The notes under the pieces were generated by a model. The model was not told the DNA's origin. It saw only the letters and a list, made by a program, of their open reading frames with translations, and did not search any database. A stretch of DNA of 64,000 nt, from the NCBI GenBank assembly GCA_963730185.1, contig CAVSQW010000012.1, positions 370,978 through 434,977 on the forward strand. Reading direction: 5' to 3'. Of the stretch, positions 21,443 through 30,552 are shown in pieces (position 1 is the first letter of the stretch; every line of letters starts with the position of its first letter). The stretch is from an uncultured Gemmatimonadales bacterium (GTDB taxonomy: Bacteria > Gemmatimonadota > Gemmatimonadetes > Gemmatimonadales > GWC2-71-9). Position numbers and translations under genes: made by a program.

Positions 21443-21994
21443 CTAGTGGATCGAGCGGGTGGTCGTGAGCAGAATGGCGCCGGCTTCGTGTCCCGCGCCG
21501 TACCGCCCAGACGCCATGGTGCCGTTCAGATATTCGATCTCGGCGATTTCCTCGACCCGGATGTTCCGGAGCTGCTCGATCCGGTCCTGCTTGACGTCGT
21601 CGATGTAGAGGACCGGCAACCCGCTGGCCTCTCCGGCGGCAGCGAACTCGTTGTCGCGGTTCTGAATCCCCGCCTGGGCGTTGGCGTCCTGGGTGGCACC
21701 TCCGGCCTCGCCGTCGCCTGGCTTGCTGGGCTTGGGACGGTACGGGCTCGAGGCGAAGGCGCCACCTCCGAGGGTTCCCTTGCCCCGGGCCGGCCTGAGC
21801 CATTGCGATCGAAGGAGCCTGACGGCGTCGTAGGCGTTGGTCAGATCCTGGCGCTCCTTGATCTCGTCGATGGTCAGGTGGTAGCGGTCCTTCTTGACGG
21901 TCCTTTCCTTGGTCTTCTGCGCCGCGGCCGGATGAACGCCCACGGACAACACCAGGCCGAGCGTCACGAGCCCGGCAAGCACCGAACGAGTCAT
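21443..21994 (-). CDS. Secreted hypothetical protein, TonB-plug-like domain
   Basis: Signal peptide; NAYDAVRLLR..WL, PVLYIDD, IAEIEYL, RYG.GH..GAI. Confidence 0.6.
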   Translation of the reverse strand: MTRSVLAGLVTLGLVLSVGVHPAAAQKTKERTVKKDRYHLTIDEIKERQDLTNAYDAVRLLRSQWLRPARGKGTLGGGAFASSPYRPKPSKPGDGEAGGATQDANAQAGIQNRDNEFAAAGEASGLPVLYIDDVKQDRIEQLRNIRVEEIAEIEYLNGTMASGRYGAGHEAGAILLTTTRSIH

Positions 21995-22093
21995 CTGTCC
22001 CTCCCGTGATGGGCCGACTTGGGCGCCCCTTGAAGCGCCCCGGCACTCCGGGCTCGGCCCCGAACCCGGCGTCCGCGGACGACCGCCCCTCGA

Positions 22094-24193
22094 TCAGCGG
22101 CCGTCGACTACCTCGACCCGGTCCATGACGTCTCCCTGGAGGATCGCGTCGACCACGTCGAGGCCGGAGACGACCCAGCCCCAGACGGTGTAGTTGAAGT
22201 CCAACCGGGGGTTGTCCACCAGGTTCACGAAGAACTGGGCGTCGCCGGTGTCCCGCCCCCGGGTGGAGATCCCCACGGTCCCGCGCTCGTGGGCCACCGG
22301 GCCGATCTCGTCGCGCAGGTACATCCGGTCGCCGGCGTATTCGTTGGCGCCGGGGCTCCCGCCCTGGATCACGAAGTTCGGGACCACCCGGTGGAAAGTC
22401 AGCCCGTCGTAGTAGCCGGCCTCCGCCCGCTCGGCCACCCGCCAGACCGTGGCCGGGGCGCGGTCCGGGTCGAGGGCAATCTCGAACACCCCACCGCCCG
22501 CGGTCGGGCTCATCGTAACCCGGATCCGCTTGCCCCGGAGCCGCTGGATCTCGTCCCAAGGGAGGTCGGGCTCCGCCAGCGGGTGCGGGGTCGGAGTCTG
22601 GAGCCGTCCGGTCCACAGGGAGAGCAGGGCCGCGGCCTTCTCGGCCACCACCGCGTCGTAGTCGGTCAGGTAGGGCTCGAGGGCGTCGGCTTGCGCCGGT
22701 CCGCCCAGGGCCTCGATCCGGCGGAGGAGCGCCATCCGGACGTCCCGCGAGGTCTCCTTCCGCTCCGCGGTGATCCGGCGGAGCGCCGCCACCAGGGCCG
22801 GCAGGGCCTCGTCGACCCGGGTGGTGCCGTCGAGGAGGTCGGCGGCGGTCATCACCAGCTGGTAGCCGGGCCGCTCCAGCTGACGGATCACCACGTCGTC
22901 GACGGCCCGCCCCTGCACCGTCACCAACCCGCGAATGGCGGCCTCGCGGACGTTGTCGTCCCGATCCCCCGCAATCACCAGCAGGCGCTCGTGATCGCCG
23001 AGGATGGCGCTGGCCTCGGCGGCGGCCGCCCGCACCTGCCAGGCGTTGTCGGTCGCCGCCCGGCTCAGCACGCCCCTGATCCGGCCGGGGGCGAGCCTGG
23101 CCACCCCCACCAGCGCCCGCGCCCCACGATGCCAGTTGGCCAGGGCCCGGATGTCGAGCCGGGTAGCGCCGGTCAGGCTGTCCACGAAGGGCCAGAGCAC
23201 CGGCACGGGATCGGTCCCGTCGGGGCAGCCATCGCCCAAGAGGGTGATGGCTTCGATGGACACGTGGTCGTTCGGGTCACCGACGGCATGCACCACCGGG
23301 CCGCACTGCCGACTCTGCACCCGACGACCCCAGACTCCGAGGGCCTCGTAGCGGACCAGGCTCGAGGGATCCTTGAGCGCCTGAGCCAGCAGCTCGTCAC
23401 GGGTCTCGAACTGATCCGGCAGGCCGACCGCTCGGACCACCAGCCGGCGGACTTGCTCGTCGGGATCGCCGAGGCCCTGTCGCGCCAGGTCCGGGGTGAC
23501 GGCCCTCAGGGTGGCGAGCGCAGCCCAAGCCACTCGGCGCACCTTGGCCCCATCGCTCCCGGCGGGACCGGCACTGGCGGCGAGCTTGGTCAACCGATCG
23601 ATGGTAGGGGCGTGGGGCGGGAGCCAGGGAGCGCTCAACCGGACCAGCGCCTCCAGGGCGCGGGCCGCGTCGAGCTGAAGGCCGGCCGACAGGTTGGCCC
23701 GGCCGAGGAGCTCGAGGAGGGTGCGGCGGGCGCCACCGGCGGTCGGGGCGTCACGGTAGGGGAGCCTTCCCAACGATCGGGCGGCCGCGCCGAGCACGAG
23801 CGGGTCGGAGTCGCGGCCGATCAAATCGGCCAACGCTCCGGCGATGGTCGCGACCTCGACGCCGGCGTCTCGCGCGGTCGAGTCGATCCCTTGAGCGGCC
23901 TGGGCGAGCGCGGTGGCCGTCTCGATCCGGACCAGCACGCGAGGGTCCTTGAGGCGGGGCATGATCCGGTCCACCAGGGCGGGCCGCTCGAGCCGACCCA
24001 GGCCCCGAATCGCCGCCGCTGCGGTGGCCGCGTCGCGGCTCTCCATTCCCTTGAGGAGGGGAGTGATCCCCTCCTCCCCGCCTCCCCGGCTGTCTTCGGC
24101 CGTCAACATCGCCTGCCGGAGCGCCGACCCGGTCTGGGCCGCCGCCGGGCCGGCCATCATCAGGCCGAGGAGCATCGCACTTCGTAACGTCAT
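22094..24193 (-). CDS. HEAT-repeat protein with C-terminal cyclophilin-type PPIase
   Basis: Signal peptide, HEAT-like repeats, then GYYDGLTFHRVVPNFVIQGG, RGTVG, GRDTGDAQFF, NPRLD. Confidence 0.88.
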   Translation of the reverse strand: MTLRSAMLLGLMMAGPAAAQTGSALRQAMLTAEDSRGGGEEGITPLLKGMESRDAATAAAAIRGLGRLERPALVDRIMPRLKDPRVLVRIETATALAQAAQGIDSTARDAGVEVATIAGALADLIGRDSDPLVLGAAARSLGRLPYRDAPTAGGARRTLLELLGRANLSAGLQLDAARALEALVRLSAPWLPPHAPTIDRLTKLAASAGPAGSDGAKVRRVAWAALATLRAVTPDLARQGLGDPDEQVRRLVVRAVGLPDQFETRDELLAQALKDPSSLVRYEALGVWGRRVQSRQCGPVVHAVGDPNDHVSIEAITLLGDGCPDGTDPVPVLWPFVDSLTGATRLDIRALANWHRGARALVGVARLAPGRIRGVLSRAATDNAWQVRAAAAEASAILGDHERLLVIAGDRDDNVREAAIRGLVTVQGRAVDDVVIRQLERPGYQLVMTAADLLDGTTRVDEALPALVAALRRITAERKETSRDVRMALLRRIEALGGPAQADALEPYLTDYDAVVAEKAAALLSLWTGRLQTPTPHPLAEPDLPWDEIQRLRGKRIRVTMSPTAGGGVFEIALDPDRAPATVWRVAERAEAGYYDGLTFHRVVPNFVIQGGSPGANEYAGDRMYLRDEIGPVAHERGTVGISTRGRDTGDAQFFVNLVDNPRLDFNYTVWGWVVSGLDVVDAILQGDVMDRVEVVDGR

Positions 24194-25608
24194 CGGACTC
24201 CCACCAGGCCTCGGACACTCGCCAGGAGCTTCGCTGGATCGTACCCCACGCCATCCTTGAACACCAGCGCCACCCGCCGAAGGTCGGATGGCCGGGCCAC
24301 GGGGTCCCCGTCTAGGACGACCAGATCGGCCCGCTTGCCCACACTCACCGTCCCGATCTCCCGATCCAGGCCCAGGACCATCGCCCCGTGGCCGGTCATG
24401 ATCTGGATGGCCTCGACGGGGGTGAACCCGGCCTCGACCAGGAGCTCGAAGTTCCGATGATCGCCGAATCCGGGCAAGCTGCCGTTCCCCCAAGGGTCGA
24501 CCCCTGCCGCCAGCAGGCCTCCCGCCCGGACGAACATCCGCTCGAACTGTTTCATCTTCTCGAACAGGACCGGCGGAACCCCGAAGCTCGCTCCCGAGTT
24601 CACGCCGGCCAGATCGCGCTCGGCGGCCGTCCGGGTCTCCGGTGAGAGCATCGACAGGGCGGCGTCGGGCAGCTTGGCCCGCCCCGGAACGAAGAGCTCG
24701 TAGACCGACAGGGTGGAGGTGAGGGGCACGTGATCGGCGACCAGGGTCCGGATCACGCTGTCGACGACCGGGCTGGCCAGGTCCACTTTGGCCTGGTAAC
24801 GCATGTTGTCGGCCGGGCACTTGTCCAACGCCTTGTTCGGCACGAAGTCGCTGTTGGTGATGAAGCCGTGCTCGAGGTTGTCGATCCCGAGCGCCGCGGC
24901 CTCCCGGAAGGTCACCGAGCAGAGATGGCCCGTAACCCTCATCCCGTGCCGGTGGGCTTCCTCGATGGCCGCGCCCATCACGTTCCGGGGCACGTTGCCG
25001 GAGAATTTGAGCCAAGTGGCGCCCTCGCTGGCCCAGTAGGCCACCACCCGGCGAGCCTCCTCTTCGTTGGCCAGCCGGCGTTCCCGACTGGGGCCGGCGG
25101 CTATTCCATCGAGATAGGGACCGGTAATCAGCATCCGGGGCCCCGGGGCCCGACCCTGGTCGATCTCCTGCTTCATGTTGAGCTCGGCGTAGGGGAACTG
25201 GGCCCCCGCCGTCCGAATCGTGGTCACCCCGCCCGCCAGGTACATCCGGGGCCCGCTCACGGTCATCTCGGTGAGTCCGGCGGACGAGTAGAAATAGGTG
25301 TGACCGTGGAGGTCGATCAGGCCGGGGATCAGGGTCTTGCCCGCCAGGTCGAGCTCGCGGGCGCCGGCGGGGACCGGCACGAGGGCGTCGTCGCCCACGG
25401 CCACGATCAGGCCGTCTTTCACGAGCACGGTCTGGCCGTCGCGGACCGGGGCGCCGGTGCCGTCGATCAGCCGGGCATGCCGGAGGGCCAGGACGGGCTC
25501 GTCGTAGACCACGAACTCGCGCACGGCGGGATCGAGGGGGGTGGGGCTCTGGGCCGCGAGGGGAAGCACGCCAGCCAGCAGGAGGCCCAACCCGGTCAGC
25601 CAACGCAT
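24190..25608 (-). CDS. Exported amidohydrolase family protein
   Basis: PGLIDLHGH, GVTTIR, VTGH, LEHG, GKRADLVVL. Confidence 0.9.
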   Translation of the reverse strand: MRWLTGLGLLLAGVLPLAAQSPTPLDPAVREFVVYDEPVLALRHARLIDGTGAPVRDGQTVLVKDGLIVAVGDDALVPVPAGARELDLAGKTLIPGLIDLHGHTYFYSSAGLTEMTVSGPRMYLAGGVTTIRTAGAQFPYAELNMKQEIDQGRAPGPRMLITGPYLDGIAAGPSRERRLANEEEARRVVAYWASEGATWLKFSGNVPRNVMGAAIEEAHRHGMRVTGHLCSVTFREAAALGIDNLEHGFITNSDFVPNKALDKCPADNMRYQAKVDLASPVVDSVIRTLVADHVPLTSTLSVYELFVPGRAKLPDAALSMLSPETRTAAERDLAGVNSGASFGVPPVLFEKMKQFERMFVRAGGLLAAGVDPWGNGSLPGFGDHRNFELLVEAGFTPVEAIQIMTGHGAMVLGLDREIGTVSVGKRADLVVLDGDPVARPSDLRRVALVFKDGVGYDPAKLLASVRGLVGVR

Positions 25609-25677
25609 CGTGTCACCTCGCTCCAGTATGGGCCGCGACGCCCCGATCCCGTCCCTCCCAACCCCCCACGTCCTTCC

Positions 25678-27414
25678 CTACTTCCCGGTCGTCGTCCCGT
25701 CCCAACCCGGACCCCGGAGCGCCCGCCCCGGCGTGGCACCGGTGTGCTTCCCGTCCTTCCAGACCGCGACGCCGTTCACGAACACCTCCCTGACGCCGAC
25801 CGAGACCTGGTGCGGCTGCTCGAAGGTCGCCTTGTCGATGACGGTGGCGGGGTCGAAGATCACCAGGTCGGCGAACATCCCCTCCTTGACCATGCCCCGC
25901 TCGCGGAGACCGAGGATCTGGGCGGTCGACCAGGTCATCTTCCGGACCGCGTCCTCCAGCCGGAGCACCTTGTCCTCGCGGACGTACTTGCCCAGCACCC
26001 GGGCGAAGGTGCCGTAGGACCGAGGGTGGACCAGCGCGGTGGTGGTATCGGGGTCGTAGCCGCCGGCGTCGCTCCCGATCACCACCCAGGGCTGGGAGAT
26101 CATGAAGGCCACGTTCTCGTCCGACATCCCGAAGCTGATCTTACCGAGCCGGTTGTTCTCGCCCAGGGTCAGCTCGATGATGGCGTCCATCCAGTCCAGT
26201 TTGAGCCCCTTGGCGATGGCGTCGAGCCGCTTGCCCTCGTACTGCTTCCACTCGGGCGTCTGGAACCCTGAGATCTGATAGGCGTCGGGCGGGTTATGCT
26301 GGCAGTAGACCGGCGCGCCCGGCGTGAGGTCGGACATCTCCCGTCGGATCCGGGCCCGGAGCGACTGGTCCTTGAGGCGCTCGAGCAGCTTGCCGTCGGC
26401 GTGGACCCAGTCCGGGATGCAGGAGGAGAGGTTGTTGCCCGACGCCGGATAGGAATACATCGTCGCCTTCACGTCCTGGCCGGCGGCCCGGGCGGAGTCG
26501 ATCTTGGCCACCGCCGGCTTGGCCAGCGGCCAGTTGATCCGGCCCGATGCCTTGAAGTGGTAGATCACCACCGGGACGCCGCCCTCGCTCCCAATCCGGA
26601 TGGCTTCGTCCATCGCCTCGAGCAGCTTGCTCTCCTCGGACCGGATGTGGGTGATGTAAGTCCCGTGAAGCGGGGCCATGGCCTTGGCCATCTCGATCAG
26701 CTCGTCGGTGCCGGCGTAGCTCCCGGGGGGGTAGATCAGCGCGCTGGAGATCCCGAAGGCCCCGTCGCGCATCGCGTCCTGGACCACCGCCCGCATGGTG
26801 TCGAGCGCCGCGGCGTCGGGCTTCCCCTCCTTCTGCCCCATCGCGTAGGCGCGGACCGTGGTCGCGCCGAGGTAGCTCCCGGCATTGACGGAGTTGGCGT
26901 GCTGGTCCATGGCGTCGAGCCAGGCGCCGAACCCATGGGAGCCCCGGAAGGTCCGCTCGTCTTGGGCCATCTTGGCGTCGTCGGGGTCGCCGCCCGTATA
27001 GAGCGAGTCGACGTTGCCGTTGGAGGGCCCCGGGGTCGTCGCCTCACCCAGAATCTCGGAAGTGACGCCCTGGGAGACCTTGCCGATCACCCGCCCGTCC
27101 GCGAACAGGAGCTGGTTCCAGGAGTGAGCCTGGATGTCGATGAAGCCGGGTGAGACGACCAGCCCCTGGGCGTCGACCTTCTCCTTGGCCTGGGCGTTCG
27201 CCAGCGCCCCCCGCGGTGCCACCCGAACGATCCGATCGCCTCGGACGCCGACGTCGCCGTAATACCAGGGGTTCCCGGTCCCGTCGACGATCTTGCCGTT
27301 GGTGATGACGAGGTCGTAGGCCCCGGTGTCACGATCAGCGGCCCCGGGTGCACAGCCGACGATCAGGGCGAGCGCGAGCGCGGCAGGGCACCGGAGCGAG
27401 GCGAAGTTCGGCAT
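25678..27414 (-). CDS. N-acyl-D-amino-acid deacylase (D-aminoacylase) family lipoprotein
   Basis: Lipobox IVGC; IVDGTG, PGFID, YITHIRSE, GSD, HPRSYGTFARVLG, ADLVIFDP. Confidence 0.9.
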   Translation of the reverse strand: MPNFASLRCPAALALALIVGCAPGAADRDTGAYDLVITNGKIVDGTGNPWYYGDVGVRGDRIVRVAPRGALANAQAKEKVDAQGLVVSPGFIDIQAHSWNQLLFADGRVIGKVSQGVTSEILGEATTPGPSNGNVDSLYTGGDPDDAKMAQDERTFRGSHGFGAWLDAMDQHANSVNAGSYLGATTVRAYAMGQKEGKPDAAALDTMRAVVQDAMRDGAFGISSALIYPPGSYAGTDELIEMAKAMAPLHGTYITHIRSEESKLLEAMDEAIRIGSEGGVPVVIYHFKASGRINWPLAKPAVAKIDSARAAGQDVKATMYSYPASGNNLSSCIPDWVHADGKLLERLKDQSLRARIRREMSDLTPGAPVYCQHNPPDAYQISGFQTPEWKQYEGKRLDAIAKGLKLDWMDAIIELTLGENNRLGKISFGMSDENVAFMISQPWVVIGSDAGGYDPDTTTALVHPRSYGTFARVLGKYVREDKVLRLEDAVRKMTWSTAQILGLRERGMVKEGMFADLVIFDPATVIDKATFEQPHQVSVGVREVFVNGVAVWKDGKHTGATPGRALRGPGWDGTTTGK

Positions 27415-27588
27415 AGTCAGCGGGGATTGGATGGTGACGGGACGCCGGCGCCGGCCGGCGAGCGAACGCGCATCCCAGAATCTCCACCCGCCGCCCGAAC
27501 CAGGCAACAGCAAGCCTCCTGGCCCACTTCCGGTAGCATCCGGCGACGAAATGGTACGGTCCCCGGCGGCTTCCCGCCCAACCTTCCG

Positions 27589-27736
27589 TTCTCGGTCAGT
27601 TCCTCGGCGTCCTCTCCGACCTCAGCGGTTGAATCCGTTGCATCGGGGTTCCGGGCGTCGATCGGCGTCCGGGCGGAGCGATGGTAACTGCAATAACCGC
27701 AGAGGTCGCGGAGTTCGCCGAGGACCTGACCGAGAA
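27589..27736. repeat. 42-bp imperfect inverted repeat upstream of GxxExxY gene
   Basis: Arms 27589-27630 and 27695-27736, 36/42 complementary by manual alignment, 64-bp spacer. Confidence 0.85.
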
Positions 27737-27782
27737 TAGTGGGGTGGTTGCCGAGGCACTGATCGAGAAAAGTGGGGTGGTT
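27717..27782 (+). repeat. 33-bp tandem direct repeat ending at the GxxExxY ATG
   Basis: gccgaggacctgaccgagaatagtggggtggtt / gccgaggcactgatcgagaaaagtggggtggtt, 29/33 identical. Confidence 0.85.
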
Positions 27783-28162
27783 ATGGAGGAACAGCTCACT
27801 CGGGAGATCATCGGGGCGGCGATCGAGGTGCACCGGGCGTTGGGGCCCGGGCTGCTCGAGTCGGCGTATCAGGCGTGTCTCGCCCAGGAGCTGGTGACCC
27901 GCGGGATGCGATCGAGTGCCAGAAGCCGCTTCGAGTGAGCTACGAGGGCGTGGAGCTCGGCTGTGCCTACCGCCTGGACGTCGTGGTGGAGGGTCGGGTC
28001 GTCGTGGAGGTCAAGACGGTCAGCCGGATCGAGCCCGTACACGAGGCCCAGATCATCTCCTACCTCAAGCTCTCGGGTTACCATCTCGGCCTGCTCATCA
28101 ACTTCCACGCTCCCCGCCTGATCCACGGCGTCCGGCGGTTCGTGAACCAGCTTCCGGAATAG
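27783..28162 (+). CDS. GxxExxY protein (PD-(D/E)XK nuclease-like), 1-nt frameshift near 27908
   Basis: [21 protein letters not shown], then in another frame [16 protein letters not shown]...[22 protein letters not shown]. Confidence 0.9.
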
Positions 28163-28199
28163 CACCTCCGAGTAACCAGCATCCCCCCTCCCAAACAGC

Positions 28200-28263
28200 T
28201 TAACCGCAGAGAACGCAGAGGTCGCAGAGACACCTCTGCGTTCCCTGCGACCTCTGCGGTTAA
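28200..28263. repeat. REP-like palindrome made of 9-bp CGCAGAGnn units
   Basis: ttaaccgcagagaacgcagaggtcgcagag-acac-ctctgcgttccctgcgacctctgcggttaa, 25/30 complementary. Confidence 0.88.
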
Positions 28264-28297
28264 TGTGTTGCTGTTGCTGTTTGCTGCCGCCGTCGCC

Positions 28298-30364
28298 CTA
28301 CTGGCCCGTAGCCGCCGACTGCTTGCCGCCCCACTTCTGGTACCAACTCTGCATGTAGAGCATCGTCCGGATGTAGTTCGACGGCTTGGAGCCGGTCCCG
28401 TGGTACTCGCCCGCGAACTGGAGCAGTTCGGCCGGGACGTGGTTCAGCTTGAGCGCCGCGTAGAACTCTTCGGTCTGCGGCATCGGGGTCCGCATGTCCA
28501 GTTGGCCGGTCATCAGCAGGGTCGGCGTCTTCACGTTCTGGACGTACATCAGCGACGACTGCTTGAGCCAGGGCATTGGATCTTCCCAGAACGGCTTGTC
28601 GAAGAAGTTCGCCGTGAAGAGCGGGATGTCGGTGTGGCCCATGAAGCTCAGCCAGTCGATCACCGGGCAGCGAACCGCGGCCGCCGCGAAGCGGGTGGTG
28701 TGACCGATCGTCCAGCTGGAGAGCACCCCGCCGCCGCTGCAGCCACCGACGTACATCCGGCTGCTGTCGATGTAGCCGCGGCCCACCACCGTGTCGACGC
28801 CTGCCATCAGGTCTTCGTAGTCCACGCCGGGATAGCGCCGCTCGATCGCGTTGCCGAAGGCGGTGCCGTAACCCGTACTGCCGCGAGGATTGAGGTAGAG
28901 CACCACGTCGCCGTCGGCGGCGAAGTTCTGGTACATATAGTTGAAGCCGACGTTGTACATCCCGTGAGGCCCGCCGTGGATCTCGAGTACCAGCGGATAG
29001 GTCTTCTTGGGATCGAAGTCGTGCGGCTTGACGATCCAGCCCTGGATCTTGGCCCCGCCGGTGGACGGGTACCAGATCTCCTCTACCGTGCCGAGCTTGA
29101 TGTTGGCCAGGACGTCGTCGTTGACGTGGGTCAGCTGGGTCACGTCGCCGGGTTTGGCGAGCGAGAAGGCCACCACGTCACCGGGCTCGAGGTAGGACGA
29201 CTGGGTGCCGACCGCGATCCCGGTCTTCGAGATCGAGCTCACCCCCAACATGTGGTTGCCCTGGGTGACCTGTCGATAGTTGCCCCGGATCGGCTGGAAA
29301 TAGAGGTTGGCGGTGCCCTGGTTCGCGGTGCCGAAGTAGAGCCCGCTCCCGTCGGTCGCCCAGATGAAGCCGCCCACGTCCCGGTCCAAGTTGCCCGAGA
29401 CCAAGTGCGGGTTGCTCCCGTCGATCCCCATCAGGTAGAGCTCGCTCGTCTTGTAGCTCTTCCGGGTGGAGTCGTAGCCCGCGTAGGCGATGGTCTTGCC
29501 GTCCGGCGAGATCGAGGGGTTGGTCCAGGTGCCGGTCGTCCGGGTCAGCTTTCGCATCTGACCGGTGGCCACGTCGACGATATGGAGATCGGAGTTCCGG
29601 TAGTTGAAGTCGGCGTTGGACTCGAGATAGCCGTCGAAGACGATCGACTTGCCGTCCGGCGTCCAGTCGTAATTCACGCCGATCCCGAGGTCGTCGAACC
29701 GGTAGCCGACGTTGAAGTCGCCGTGGGTGACCTGGCGCGCCGTGCCGCCCGTGGCCGGGACCACGAAGAGATGAGTGTAGGTCGGCTTGGTGTAACCCAC
29801 CCGGTCCTGCCGGTAGTGGTAGGTGTTCACCCGCCGGGGCGCCGGGGTCCACTTGGCGCCCGCCGGCGCGGCCGGCATGGCGATCTTCCAGGTGTTGTCG
29901 TACGGCACCGCCATGCTGAACGAGAGCCAATTCCCGTCCGGAGACCAGGCCAGGCTCCCCGGCGACTCGGTCAGCCGGGTGATCTGCGACGTCGCTCCCT
30001 CCGCGTCCATCCATCGGACGAAGATCTGAGCCTTGCCGTCGGCGGCCGCGATGTACGCCAGCCGGGTGCCGTCCGGCGACCAGCGCGGGCTCCCACCCCC
30101 CACCAGAAAGCGCTGCCTGCTGCCGTCGGCGTTCATGATCCAGAGCGCCGACTCCCACTTGTCCTCCATCTTGTTGATCCAACGGCGGGCGTAGACGACC
30201 TCCGCGCCGTTGGGTGAGATCTGGGGATCGCCCACCGTCTCCCAATCGAGATAGTGATCAGTCGTGAGCAGTGTGTCCGACGGCACTTCCTGGGCCCGAA
30301 GCCCCGCCGGAACGAGCGTGAGGGCGCCGAGAACCAGCCCGGCGAGGGCGAAACGAGGACGCAT
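28298..30364 (-). CDS. S9 family peptidase (acylaminoacyl/dipeptidyl peptidase)
   Basis: Signal peptide, PD40-like WSPDG repeats, IHGGPH, NPRGSTGYG, GCSGGG, D.RTP, EYHG. Confidence 0.93.
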   Translation of the reverse strand: MRPRFALAGLVLGALTLVPAGLRAQEVPSDTLLTTDHYLDWETVGDPQISPNGAEVVYARRWINKMEDKWESALWIMNADGSRQRFLVGGGSPRWSPDGTRLAYIAAADGKAQIFVRWMDAEGATSQITRLTESPGSLAWSPDGNWLSFSMAVPYDNTWKIAMPAAPAGAKWTPAPRRVNTYHYRQDRVGYTKPTYTHLFVVPATGGTARQVTHGDFNVGYRFDDLGIGVNYDWTPDGKSIVFDGYLESNADFNYRNSDLHIVDVATGQMRKLTRTTGTWTNPSISPDGKTIAYAGYDSTRKSYKTSELYLMGIDGSNPHLVSGNLDRDVGGFIWATDGSGLYFGTANQGTANLYFQPIRGNYRQVTQGNHMLGVSSISKTGIAVGTQSSYLEPGDVVAFSLAKPGDVTQLTHVNDDVLANIKLGTVEEIWYPSTGGAKIQGWIVKPHDFDPKKTYPLVLEIHGGPHGMYNVGFNYMYQNFAADGDVVLYLNPRGSTGYGTAFGNAIERRYPGVDYEDLMAGVDTVVGRGYIDSSRMYVGGCSGGGVLSSWTIGHTTRFAAAAVRCPVIDWLSFMGHTDIPLFTANFFDKPFWEDPMPWLKQSSLMYVQNVKTPTLLMTGQLDMRTPMPQTEEFYAALKLNHVPAELLQFAGEYHGTGSKPSNYIRTMLYMQSWYQKWGGKQSAATGQ

Positions 30365-30552
30365 CACGATCCTCCGAGTACGGTTGCAATTTACGGAAAC
30401 CAACATGCCTGAATCTCCACCCTTGCGCCCGTTCTGCAAGCGCCCGCCCCAAACGCGGCGCCAGGGCGAGCTCGCCTCGGTGGCGATCCGCCCGACTTCG
30501 GAGCTATCCTATGCCTTAGCCGGACCTCTCACTCAAAGACCGAAAGCCAGTC

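Noticed and set aside
22094..25603. 1169-aa ORF (also the 1645-aa 32749..37686 and 991-aa 44295..47270 ORFs)
   Set aside because: The N-terminal extensions are stop-poor off-frame read-through over neighbouring genes; plausible starts are 24193, 35988 and 46757.
27589..28263. CRISPR array or classical IS element
   Set aside because: No regularly spaced identical repeats with unique spacers, no cas or DDE/HUH transposase, and no target-site duplication recognised. Kept as a REP-like finding.
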